Of a stretch of DNA of 64,000 nucleotides, positions 1 through 9,208 are shown one piece after another (position 1 is the first letter of the stretch; each line of letters starts with the position of its first letter). A model generated the notes under the pieces. It was not told the DNA's origin, did no database searches, and saw only the letters and a list, made by a program, of their open reading frames with translations. The DNA is from Gammaproteobacteria bacterium (GTDB taxonomy: Bacteria; Pseudomonadota; Gammaproteobacteria; GCA-002705445; GCA-002716945). The stretch lies in assembly GCA_029246085.1 (NCBI GenBank), contig JAQWOB010000003.1, positions 7,608 through 71,607 on the forward strand, written 5' to 3'. Both the position numbers and the translations under genes were made by a program.

Positions 1-1756
1 CCTCATTAGACAAACCTTTGATTTCATTATAAATGATTTGCTCAGGAATTTTTATATTTTGTGTTTTTAAACTGTTTAATACTTCTTGGTCCTGTCTCTT
101 CAGATACCCCTCATATCTTTCTTGTATTGCAACTAGGTGACCAACATCTGAATTTATAGTTTTGCCAAAAGACTCTAGCTCCTGAATATCTTTGTACTCA
201 ATATCAGACATTTTAAGCAAACTCTTCATTGTTTGGACATTTTTTAACTTAAGGTTAAACTTTTTTTCTAAAATTGAAGAAACCTTGCTTGATGGCAATA
301 TCTTTATTTCCTCAAGCCTTTTGCTTTCAGCCTTAATCTTTTTGATTTTATTTTTCAAAAACAATAATCTCTCGCTAGAGACAACTCCAAGTTTGTGGCC
401 AATAGCTGTTAATCTTTCGTCGGCATTATCTTCACGTAGTCTCAATCTATGTTCTGCTCTACTAGTAAACATCCTATAAGGCTCCGTCACCCCCAAGGTT
501 ACTAAGTCATCAATCATAACTCCTGTATACGCTTGATCTCTATTGGGACACCACATCCCAATATTTCTTACAGAACAAGAAGCATTGATTCCTGCAATTA
601 TTCCTTGGGCGGCAGCTTCTTCATATCCAGTGGTTCCATTGATCTGACCAGCAAAAAATAAATTTTTAATTTTCTTAGTTTCTAAATATTTTGTAAGTCC
701 ACGTGGGTCAAAGTAACTATACTCTATTGCGTATCCTGGTTGAGTGATTTCACAATTTTCCAGCCCTTTAATTGTTCTTAAAAAACTTAATTGAACATCT
801 TCGGGCAAGCATGTTGAAAGCCCATTAGGGTATATCTCTTTATCCGAAAGAGTTTCTGGCTCAAGAAAAACCTGATGAGCGTCCTTGTCGTAAAACCTTT
901 CCACCTTGTCTTCAATAGAAGGACAGTATCTTGGCCCAACAGAATCTATAACTCCGTTATATAGTGGCGATAAAGCTTGATTGTCCTTAATAATTTTATG
1001 TGTCTCATTATTTGTATAAGTTATATGACACGGTATTTCAGAGATAATATTTGGTGTCTGCCCATAATGGTCATGCATATATGACAAGCATGGTTTATTT
1101 TTATCGCTTCCTTGCTCTTCTAGCAAAGAATAGTCTATTGAGCTTTTTAAAATTCTTGGTGGTGTGCCAGTTTTAAGACGACCAAGAGAAAACCCATGTT
1201 TTTTAAAAAAGTTTTCTAACGCATTTGATGCATTGTCGCCCAATCTCCCCGCAGAAAAAGATTTATCTCCAATATGAATCTTACCCCCAAGAAATGTACC
1301 TGTTGTCAAAACAACAGTTTTTGCAAAAACTTTACTGCCATCAGACATTACTACGCCGCGAAGAACCTCATTATCCAAAATAATATTAGAAACCATTCCC
1401 TCCATAACACTAAGATTTTTTTGAGCATCAATTGCTTGCTGCATTTTTAATTTATAGGTGTCTCTGCATGTTTGAATTCTTGTTGCTTGGACGGCTGGGC
1501 CTTTGCTGGCATTAAGCTTGCGCCTCTGCAACGCAGAATAATCTGCAATTTTACAAATTAAGCCATCTAAAGCATCAACTTCTTTTGCTAAATGTGATTT
1601 ACCTATCCCCCCAACAGCAGGATTACAACTCATTTGTCCAATGCTCTCATGTTTCATGGTAACCAGAGCCACGCTAACATTTGCTCTTGCGGCTGCATGT
1701 GCAGCTTCACAGCCTGCATGTCCTCCGCCTATCACTATCACATCAAATTTTTTCAT
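1..1756 (-). CDS. mnmG: tRNA uridine 5-carboxymethylaminomethyl modification enzyme MnmG/GidA (partial, runs off left edge)
   Basis: Not in ORF track. Manual translation from ATG at 1756 gives [19 protein letters not shown]...[15 protein letters not shown]...[11 protein letters not shown]...[17 protein letters not shown]; it follows mnmE. Confidence 0.97.
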   Translation of the reverse strand, partial: MKKFDVIVIGGGHAGCEAAHAAARANVSVALVTMKHESIGQMSCNPAVGGIGKSHLAKEVDALDGLICKIADYSALQRRKLNASKGPAVQATRIQTCRDTYKLKMQQAIDAQKNLSVMEGMVSNIILDNEVLRGVVMSDGSKVFAKTVVLTTGTFLGGKIHIGDKSFSAGRLGDNASNALENFFKKHGFSLGRLKTGTPPRILKSSIDYSLLEEQGSDKNKPCLSYMHDHYGQTPNIISEIPCHITYTNNETHKIIKDNQALSPLYNGVIDSVGPRYCPSIEDKVERFYDKDAHQVFLEPETLSDKEIYPNGLSTCLPEDVQLSFLRTIKGLENCEITQPGYAIEYSYFDPRGLTKYLETKKIKNLFFAGQINGTTGYEEAAAQGIIAGINASCSVRNIGMWCPNRDQAYTGVMIDDLVTLGVTEPYRMFTSRAEHRLRLREDNADERLTAIGHKLGVVSSERLLFLKNKIKKIKAESKRLEEIKILPSSKVSSILEKKFNLKLKNVQTMKSLLKMSDIEYKDIQELESFGKTINSDVGHLVAIQERYEGYLKRQDQEVLNSLKTQNIKIPEQIIYNEIKGLSNE

Positions 1757-1758
1757 AA

Positions 1759-3096
1759 CTATTTACCAATACAAAAATCTGAAAATATTTTATCTAACAA
1801 ATCTTCGTTGACATCCCCGCCCATTATAGCAACTAAGCTAACATGAGCTAAGCGTAATTCCTCTGCTACTAACTCTAATTGTAGATTATTGTTGCAATCA
1901 AGTGCCATGTAAAGGTTTTCTAAGCAAGATTTTAGATGTTCGCGATGTCGCAACCTTGCTGTACCTGTCGTTTCATCATCCGGGACACTATTTTCAGACA
2001 GCTTCTTTTTTAGATTATCAATGCCAAGATTTTGAGTTGTAGATATATTGAAATGACTAACATTACTTATTTTTATCATTGTTGGATCAGCTCCAGTAAG
2101 GTCAATTTTATTATTAACGACCCAGTAATTATTAATTTTATTTTCAGTAATTAAAGCTCTATCCTCTGTATCAAAGCCAAGTGCATCATCAACAACATAT
2201 AAAACTAGGCTTGCTGTATTTATAGATTTTTTTGTAATCTCTATGCCTTGTAGCTCTATGCTGTCAGAAGTTTTTCTAAGCCCGGCCGTATCAATAATAG
2301 TTATATTATTTTTAGCAAGAGCCACTTCATGATGAAGGGCATCTCTTGTAGTTCCGGGTGTTGACGAAACTATTGACCCTTGCTCTCCCAGAAGAAGATT
2401 TGCCAAAGATGATTTTCCAACATTAGGCTTTCCAATGATTGTTATGATAGGTGTTTTGTTAACTACTATTCCATTATCTACAGATTTTATAAGTTTGCTC
2501 AATTTAGCTATTAAAGAGTTTATTGCGTTAAAATTATTTTTGTTGCTGTTCTCTGGAGAATCATCTTCTGGAAAATTAATACAGGCTTCGATGTTTGCTC
2601 TAAGCGTAAGCACTTCCTCAATTAGTAGTTTTATATTTTTTGAAAAATTACCCTGGAGCGTTATCATTGCCGCTTTAGATGCACTGATATGAGAAGCATT
2701 TATTAAATCTGCTATTGCCTCTGCCTGAACTAAATCAATTTTATTATTTAAAAATGCTCTTTCAGTAAATTCTCCTGGTTTAGAAAGCCTCGCATAAACA
2801 TCACAGATCTGTTCCAAAATAAAATCCATTGTAATCGGATTGCCATGCGACTGTATTTCTAGCATGTCTTCACCCGTATAAGAAGAGGGGCCTTTATAAT
2901 AAATTACAATTACATCATCAATTAACGTATTACTCTTGTCTCGTATTTTAACATTAGTTGCAAATCTTGGCTTGAGCTCACTGCCTATAAAATCTTTAGT
3001 TATTTTAAGTACATTTTTCCCTGACACTCTTATCACGCCTATAGCTGACTTCCCGTGAGCTGTTGAAATTGCCGCTATTGTTTCTTTGGCGGTCAT
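1759..3096 (-). CDS. mnmE: tRNA modification GTPase MnmE/TrmE
   Basis: [34 protein letters not shown]-terminal FCIGK. Confidence 0.98.
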   Translation of the reverse strand: MTAKETIAAISTAHGKSAIGVIRVSGKNVLKITKDFIGSELKPRFATNVKIRDKSNTLIDDVIVIYYKGPSSYTGEDMLEIQSHGNPITMDFILEQICDVYARLSKPGEFTERAFLNNKIDLVQAEAIADLINASHISASKAAMITLQGNFSKNIKLLIEEVLTLRANIEACINFPEDDSPENSNKNNFNAINSLIAKLSKLIKSVDNGIVVNKTPIITIIGKPNVGKSSLANLLLGEQGSIVSSTPGTTRDALHHEVALAKNNITIIDTAGLRKTSDSIELQGIEITKKSINTASLVLYVVDDALGFDTEDRALITENKINNYWVVNNKIDLTGADPTMIKISNVSHFNISTTQNLGIDNLKKKLSENSVPDDETTGTARLRHREHLKSCLENLYMALDCNNNLQLELVAEELRLAHVSLVAIMGGDVNEDLLDKIFSDFCIGK

Positions 3097-3101
3097 AGAA
3101 T

Positions 3102-4703
3102 TTAAGTGATTATTCTTTTATTAATAACATACTGTTGTGCTATTGAAAGAATATTGTTTGTTACCCAATAAAGAACAAGCCCTGACGGGAAAGTTGCAAA
3201 TAAGAAGGTAAAAACAAAGGGCAGGGTAAGAAATATTTTTGCCTGCATTGGGTCTGTAGGAGCAGGATTCAGTTTTTGTTGAGCATACATTGATATCCCC
3301 ATAAGGACCGGTAAAATATATAGCGGGTCCGCGCTTGATAAATCTTCTATCCATCCAATAAAGGGCGCATGCCTCATCTCAACGCTTTCAATAATTACCC
3401 AATATAGGGCAATAAAAACAGGTATCTGAATAAGTATCGGCAAACAACCACCCAAGGGGTTTACTTTTTCTTCCTTGTAAATTTTCATCAATGCTTCACT
3501 GAATTGTTTTTTATCATCTCCATATCTTTCTTTCAAAGCAGTCATCCTTGGGGTTAATTTTTTCATTTTAGCCATGGATTTATAACTAGCTTCTGATAAT
3601 TTAAAAAATACTATTTTAATCAAAATCGTGAGCATGATAATTGACCATCCCCAGTTACCAAAAATTAAATGAATTTTTTCTAAGACCCAAAAAAGTGGGG
3701 CCGCAAGAAAAGTTAGAACTCCGTAATCAACTGTAAGCGCAAGGCCGGGGGCTAAGTCTGTTATTTCAGCCTGAACTTTTGGTCCTATATATAGTTTACT
3801 ATCAAAAACATAAGACTCACCTGGAAACAAAGCGATATAGTTATCAACACTTCCAATTTGGTAACTGTTTTTATTGTCTTCAGAAAGCAGTCTTGTGTAG
3901 ATTGTCTTTTTATCAGAGCCTTTGTCTGATGGCAACCATGCTGTAAAAAAATAGTGCTGGATCATGCTTATCCAGCTTGTCTTTGCTTCTTTTTGAAAAC
4001 TTTCATTTTCTATGTCTGAGAAGTCAATTTTATTAAACTTGTCTTCACTATCGAAATAAGCTGCGCCCGTATAAGTATAAAGCATAACGTTGCCCTCAGT
4101 CTCTTCACCACGACTTAAAGTGTTGTATTGTCTCCATTCAATTTTTTTATTAGAAGTATTTTTAACCAGTTGTTGAACCTCAACCAGATGACTGTTTCTC
4201 GTGAATGTATAGCTTTTAGTAACCTCTGTTAAACCAGATGCTGTTCCTTGAATAGACACCGTTAGTTTATTATTGCCCCCCAGAGAATATTTGGCTTTAA
4301 CCGAAGTGTATTTTGTTGGGGCATCTAATTCTTGGCTTTGGACATTCGCTAAAGCAGTATAACGTGATCCTTTTGTGTTGTTTAAAAGCCTAACCTTTTC
4401 ATTAGAAGACCCAAAATTTTTTAGGTATTTAAGTAGTTCTGAAGAAACTATAGCGCCATCATCTAAGCTAATATTAACCTTCAGTGTGTCTGTTATTACT
4501 TCAATATTCTTGTTAGAGCTAACCCTGCTGCTTTTAATGATATCTTGTTTTGGCTCTACATTTGCTCGATCGCTTGCTGAACTTGTTTCTGGAATACTAG
4601 GCTGCGAACTAACAGTTGGCTGACCAACATTAGTGTTTGATGCGTCAAACAGTAAAATCAGAACTAAAAATAAAGAGCTATATAAAAATATTCTATTATT
4701 CAT
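3102..4703 (-). CDS. yidC: membrane protein insertase YidC
   Basis: VDYG, GNWGWSII, NPLGGCLPILIQIPVFIALY, GLVLYW. Likely start is ATG 4703 (the ORF track extends to 4748). Confidence 0.97.
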   Translation of the reverse strand: MNNRIFLYSSLFLVLILLFDASNTNVGQPTVSSQPSIPETSSASDRANVEPKQDIIKSSRVSSNKNIEVITDTLKVNISLDDGAIVSSELLKYLKNFGSSNEKVRLLNNTKGSRYTALANVQSQELDAPTKYTSVKAKYSLGGNNKLTVSIQGTASGLTEVTKSYTFTRNSHLVEVQQLVKNTSNKKIEWRQYNTLSRGEETEGNVMLYTYTGAAYFDSEDKFNKIDFSDIENESFQKEAKTSWISMIQHYFFTAWLPSDKGSDKKTIYTRLLSEDNKNSYQIGSVDNYIALFPGESYVFDSKLYIGPKVQAEITDLAPGLALTVDYGVLTFLAAPLFWVLEKIHLIFGNWGWSIIMLTILIKIVFFKLSEASYKSMAKMKKLTPRMTALKERYGDDKKQFSEALMKIYKEEKVNPLGGCLPILIQIPVFIALYWVIIESVEMRHAPFIGWIEDLSSADPLYILPVLMGISMYAQQKLNPAPTDPMQAKIFLTLPFVFTFLFATFPSGLVLYWVTNNILSIAQQYVINKRIIT

Positions 4704-4950
4704 GCGTTTTTGTACCAGGTTTTGGAATGGGGTCATAACCATGGCCACCGCCAGGGCGACAACTAATTAGTCTTTTCCCCGTGTAGTAAAAGCCTCTTAA
4801 AAGGCCATATTCTCTAAAAGCTTCTAGGGCATACTCTGAACAGGTTGGGATATGCCTACAGCTTGATTGAAGCATAGGCGATATAAATATTTGGTAACAC
4901 CTAATAATTATAACTGGGATTGCTGTAGTGATTTTATTGATAGTTTCCAT
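4696..4950 (-). CDS. yidD: membrane protein insertion efficiency factor YidD
   Basis: YQIFISP..CRHIPTCSEYA..C.P...GYDP motif; lies between rnpA and yidC. Confidence 0.95.
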   Translation of the reverse strand: METINKITTAIPVIIIRCYQIFISPMLQSSCRHIPTCSEYALEAFREYGLLRGFYYTGKRLISCRPGGGHGYDPIPKPGTKTHE

Positions 4951-5255
4951 TCTTGCATAAGAATATCACTTATTTCATATTTTTCAGAATAGATTTTTGA
5001 AGAAATTAATAAGAGAATGTCGAACGACCCCAATTCTTCCAAGCAGTCTTTAAAACTCTCTCTAATCATTCTGCGAATTCTGTTTCTAATAACTGCCAAC
5101 TTAATGGCTTTTTTAGTGACCTGGATAGCAATTCTAGGTTGGTCTAGATTATTGTTAAAATATAGCAGTGTAGAGTTTTTTTGTACTATTTTATTAGCAT
5201 GCCTAAAACTACGCAGTGTGTTTGAAGAAACTTTAAGATATATGTTGTTGTTCAC
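4908..5255 (-). CDS. rnpA: ribonuclease P protein component
   Basis: KKAIKLAVIRNRIRRMIRESF RNR motif; position after rpmH. Confidence 0.92.
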   Translation of the reverse strand: MNNNIYLKVSSNTLRSFRHANKIVQKNSTLLYFNNNLDQPRIAIQVTKKAIKLAVIRNRIRRMIRESFKDCLEELGSFDILLLISSKIYSEKYEISDILMQEWKLSIKSLQQSQL

Positions 5256-5264
5256 AACAGAAAA

Positions 5265-5399
5265 CTAGGCGCAGAGTACAGCTCTGCCTTTTGCTCTTCT
5301 AGCGCTTAAAACAGCTCTACCAGCAACAGTGCTCATACGAGACCTGAAACCGTGTTTGCGTTTACGTTTTATGTTGCTTGGTTGAAACGTTCTTTTCAT
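5265..5399 (-). CDS. rpmH: 50S ribosomal protein L34
   Basis: Below ORF-track cutoff. Manual translation [44 protein letters not shown] (44 aa). Confidence 0.97.
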   Translation of the reverse strand: MKRTFQPSNIKRKRKHGFRSRMSTVAGRAVLSARRAKGRAVLCA

Positions 5400-5502
5400 A
5401 ATATTATTACCCGACTTGTATACTGCAAATTATATATTTCTTTGTCAATATATAATTTTGATTATTTTTGTGAGATATTAGTTTTTCAACTAGTGAAAAA
5501 AT

Positions 5503-6810
5503 ATGAATAATACAAATTTGTGGGATAAATGCCTAGAAGCGTTTTGCGACAACCTCTCAGAAAAACAAATGAAAACCTGGATTCATCCTCTTGAGGTCAG
5601 CTGTAATAGTGACACTTTAAGCGTTATTGCCCCAAATAAGTTTATAAAAGACACTGTTGAAAATGATTTTATTGAACTGATTAGAGAAACAGTTCTGATT
5701 ACAAGCAACAATGAGGTTTCGGTAGTTAAGCTTTCCTTGCCAGAGGTTAAGGCCACGGCAAGAATAACCCCTAAAGTAAAAACCTCTAGCATAAAGTCTT
5801 CGTTGAATGCTGACTTGAATTTTGAAAATTTTGTTGAAGGGAAATCAAACCAGCTAGCAAAAGCAGCTTGTATATCTGTGGTGGCAGAGCTTGGGCAGTA
5901 TAATCCGCTTTATATATATGGAGGGGTTGGGCTTGGAAAAACCCACTTATTGCATTCAATAGGGAACGAAATTCTCAAACAAGACAAGAGAAAAAGAGTT
6001 GTCTATCTACATTCAGAGAAATTTGTGCAAAACATGATTACCGCAATAAGGACTAATAAAATAGAAGAGTTTAAAGATTTTTACAGGTCAGTCGATGCTT
6101 TATTGTTAGATGATATTCAGTTTTTTGCTAACAAGGAAAAATCTCAAGAAGAGTTTTTTCATACTTTTAATACGTTGTTCGAATATAAGAAACAGGTTGT
6201 TTTAACATCTGATAAATATCCTAAGGAAATAGTTGGTTTAGAGGAAAGAATTAAATCCAGGTTGGTGTGGGGTATGAGTGTCACAATAGACCCCCCAGAT
6301 CTAGAGACACGGGTGGCTATTTTGCACGGTAAGGCAGAAGCAGTAAACCAAAAGATACCCGATGATGTTGCATATTATTTGGCAAAAAACGTGTATTCAA
6401 ACGTTAGGGAGTTAGAAGGAAGCTTGAGGCGGGTTTTAGCTACAGCACACTTCAAAAGAGTGGCGGTTACACTTGCTTTTACAAAAGAGACTTTGAAAGA
6501 TTTAATTTCTTTACAAGAAAGGCTTATGACAATTGAACAAATACAAAAAACAGTTGCTGGTTATTATAATGTGAGGGTTTCAGATTTACTGTCTGCGAAA
6601 AGAGATAGGAAGATTACGCTCCCAAGACATGTTGCAATGTCTATTGCTAAACAATTAACTAGCCACAGCTTGCCCACAATAGGTGATGCCTTTGGTGGGA
6701 GGGATCACACAACTGTCCTCCATGCTTGTAAAAAAGTAAAAGCATTAAAACTAACATCGACATCAGTAGACCAAGACTACCAAAACATATTACACACATT
6801 AAACAACTAA
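5503..6810 (+). CDS. dnaA: chromosomal replication initiator DnaA
   Basis: YNPLYIYGGVGLGKTHL, LLLDDIQF, NVRELEG, GGRDHTTVLHA. Confidence 0.99.
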   Translation: MNNTNLWDKCLEAFCDNLSEKQMKTWIHPLEVSCNSDTLSVIAPNKFIKDTVENDFIELIRETVLITSNNEVSVVKLSLPEVKATARITPKVKTSSIKSSLNADLNFENFVEGKSNQLAKAACISVVAELGQYNPLYIYGGVGLGKTHLLHSIGNEILKQDKRKRVVYLHSEKFVQNMITAIRTNKIEEFKDFYRSVDALLLDDIQFFANKEKSQEEFFHTFNTLFEYKKQVVLTSDKYPKEIVGLEERIKSRLVWGMSVTIDPPDLETRVAILHGKAEAVNQKIPDDVAYYLAKNVYSNVRELEGSLRRVLATAHFKRVAVTLAFTKETLKDLISLQERLMTIEQIQKTVAGYYNVRVSDLLSAKRDRKITLPRHVAMSIAKQLTSHSLPTIGDAFGGRDHTTVLHACKKVKALKLTSTSVDQDYQNILHTLNN

Positions 6811-6984
6811 CTGTTAATAACCCGTGGAAAACAACGTGCGAGTTTATACCCACAGGTTATGCACCAACCAAACACCTTGTAAGAACCTCACGCTAACCAA
6901 AACTCTTTCTAAATACAGAGCCACTGTTAACTCCTAGCAAAAATTAGCAAAACATAACAATAAAAATAATATATAATTTTAAAT
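6790..6984. other. probable oriC (DnaA-box cluster plus AT-rich/DnaA-trio-like tract)
   Basis: Boxes close to TTWTNCACA at 6790-6798, 6812-6820(-), 6823-6831(-), 6846-6854 and 6857-6865 (1-2 mismatches each). NAN triplet run aaa-cat-aac-aat-aaa-aat-aat at 6950-6970, just before dnaN. Confidence 0.7.
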
Positions 6985-8097
6985 ATGATTATATCTATAC
7001 AGCGCGAAAAACTAATAGAGCCTTTAAAACAAATGGTAAGTGTTTCTGAAAAAAAGCAGACTATGCCTATACTGGGAAACATCCTTATTAGGGGTGGTGG
7101 TGGTTCTCTGTTATTGGTTTCTAGTGATCTGGAGGTGGAGGTCTCAACAGTCGTTGAGCATGGTTCGGCAGAAGATTTTGACACCAGTCTTCCTGCGCGC
7201 AAGTTCTTAGACATCCTTAAGTCCTTACCTGGTTCTGATTTAGTGGAGATAGATATCGGTGAAACAAAGGCAATAATTAAATCTGGTAAGAGCAAGTTCA
7301 CTCTTGCGTCCCTACCCGGTGCCGAGTTTCCTTATAAAGAAGAGAACAATGAATTTAAATTTAGCGTGTCAGGTGTAGATCTAGATAACCTGATTAGTCA
7401 AACAGGCTTCTCTATGGCCACACAGGATGCGAGACACTTTTTAAATGGAATGTTTTTAGAGGTTTTAGAAAATAAATTAACCGTCGTTGCTACAGACGGC
7501 CATAGACTATCAATGTCTTCAACCCAAACTAAAAACCCCACTGACGGCCCTGTAAGTTGCATAATACCACGAAAATGTATTATTGAGATTAAACGTATTT
7601 TAACTACATTTAAGGACAATAAAGAGAACATGGTAGGATTTATGGTTACAGACCGCGAAATAATTATTAAAATAGGCGACTTTATTGTTAAAAGCAAACT
7701 TATTGAGGGGAACTACCCAGACTATAAAAAAGTGTTCCCCGAATCACTCCCACACAAGCTCACGTCAAACAAACAAGATTTAAAATCAGCTCTTCAAAGA
7801 ATGGCCATACTTTCTAATGAGCAATTTAAGGGTGTTAAGCTATCGCTCAACAAAACAGACATAAAACTATCAACAAATAACCCGTCCTTGGAAGAGGGCG
7901 AAGACAGTATACCTTGTGAGTATTCGGGTGAAAGCTTTGAGGTTGGCTTTAACTTAAGTTATTTGTTGGAGGTTATTGACGTGATTTCTTCTGACAATAT
8001 TGAAATCCAACTCAACAACGCTGACTCGGGGTGTTTGATCTCATCTAAAGATGAAACCTCTATGAACAAATATATTATTATGCCAATGCGGGTCTAG
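6985..8097 (+). CDS. dnaN: DNA polymerase III beta sliding clamp
   Basis: TMPILGN, VATDGHRL, LIEGNYPDY, C-terminal IMPMRV; after dnaA. Confidence 0.98.
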   Translation: MIISIQREKLIEPLKQMVSVSEKKQTMPILGNILIRGGGGSLLLVSSDLEVEVSTVVEHGSAEDFDTSLPARKFLDILKSLPGSDLVEIDIGETKAIIKSGKSKFTLASLPGAEFPYKEENNEFKFSVSGVDLDNLISQTGFSMATQDARHFLNGMFLEVLENKLTVVATDGHRLSMSSTQTKNPTDGPVSCIIPRKCIIEIKRILTTFKDNKENMVGFMVTDREIIIKIGDFIVKSKLIEGNYPDYKKVFPESLPHKLTSNKQDLKSALQRMAILSNEQFKGVKLSLNKTDIKLSTNNPSLEEGEDSIPCEYSGESFEVGFNLSYLLEVIDVISSDNIEIQLNNADSGCLISSKDETSMNKYIIMPMRV

Positions 8098-8098
8098 C

Positions 8099-9208
8099 TT
8101 GTATATTAAACAATATTCTGCCTTTAAGTTAAGGAGTATTAACCTTGCAACTCTTTTGCCCTCTAAACACGTTAACATCATTGTTGGCAACAATAATGCC
8201 GGCAAAACCTCTTTAATCGAGGGTATATACTATTGCTCCGCCCTTAAAAGCTTTAAGGGTGTGCCCCCAGAAACACTTATACAAAACACCGAAAATGCTT
8301 TTAAACTTCTTTTAAAAGTAGTTAAATGCGGTGATAATATCAACATATACACAGAAAAGCCTCTAAGTTCTTCTAAAATTGTTAAAGTTAACGAGAAAAA
8401 AGTAACGGCCAAAACCCTGCTTTTAACCTTACCCTGTATTGCCCTTTCGTTTGGTGTTGAGAATATTATTATACAGTCATCGGAGCAGAGACGGGGCTTC
8501 CTTGACTGGGGATCGTTTCACGTGGAACCCGCCCATTTAGCTAATTTTAAAAACTACACAAAGTCTTTAAAACAACGGAATAGCTTGCTTAAAAGGGCAG
8601 ACACAACCAATATTGATTATTGGACTAATGAGGTGATAAAACACGGGACCCTTGTTCACAAGCAAAGAAGCGAATATTTTGTTGATCTTAATAAGGAGTT
8701 TGTTAGCTATGCCAACAAATTAACAAACTTTGACAAGAGTGTTTATAACGATATTAAAAACACCAAAATTACCTATGACCAAGGATGGAATAAAGCTCTT
8801 GAGCTGAATGAGGCACTAGCACAATCCTTGGTTAAAGACATGGCTGTAAAGCATACAAGCGTTGGCCCACACAGGGCAGATCTTTTGTTTAATGTTGGCG
8901 GGATAGATTTAAAAAATATATCTTCAATGTCCACGCAAATTATCATCAGCTTGTTGTTGGTTTTGAGTCAGGCAGAGGTGTTTCACGTGAAACATGGGTT
9001 TAGACCAATAATATTAATAGATGATTTATTTTTTGGAATAGACGATAAGAACCTAAGGCTTGTGATAAACTTATTGGTAGGTTCAAAAGCACAGTGTTTT
9101 ATTACAGCGCCAGATCTATATAAAGAGAAGATAAAAAGCCTTGGCAGAAAAGCCAACGAGGTTAAAATGTATGAATTTATTGATGGTGAAATACAAGAGG
9201 AGATTTAA
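8099..9208 (+). CDS. recF: DNA replication/repair protein RecF
   Basis: GNNNAGKTS, RRGFLDWG, GPHRADL, ILIDD; between dnaN and gyrB; TTG start. Confidence 0.95.
   Translation: MYIKQYSAFKLRSINLATLLPSKHVNIIVGNNNAGKTSLIEGIYYCSALKSFKGVPPETLIQNTENAFKLLLKVVKCGDNINIYTEKPLSSSKIVKVNEKKVTAKTLLLTLPCIALSFGVENIIIQSSEQRRGFLDWGSFHVEPAHLANFKNYTKSLKQRNSLLKRADTTNIDYWTNEVIKHGTLVHKQRSEYFVDLNKEFVSYANKLTNFDKSVYNDIKNTKITYDQGWNKALELNEALAQSLVKDMAVKHTSVGPHRADLLFNVGGIDLKNISSMSTQIIISLLLVLSQAEVFHVKHGFRPIILIDDLFFGIDDKNLRLVINLLVGSKAQCFITAPDLYKEKIKSLGRKANEVKMYEFIDGEIQEEI
8514..8529. promoter_or_regulatory. parS-like site (imperfect) inside recF
   Basis: cGTTTCACGTGGAACc compared with the consensus TGTT(T/C)CACGTG(A/G)AACA. 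Confidence 0.6.
8979..8994. promoter_or_regulatory. parS centromere site (perfect palindrome) inside recF
   Basis: TGTTTCACGTGAAACA, exact canonical chromosomal parS, about 2 kb from the putative oriC. Confidence 0.9.
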
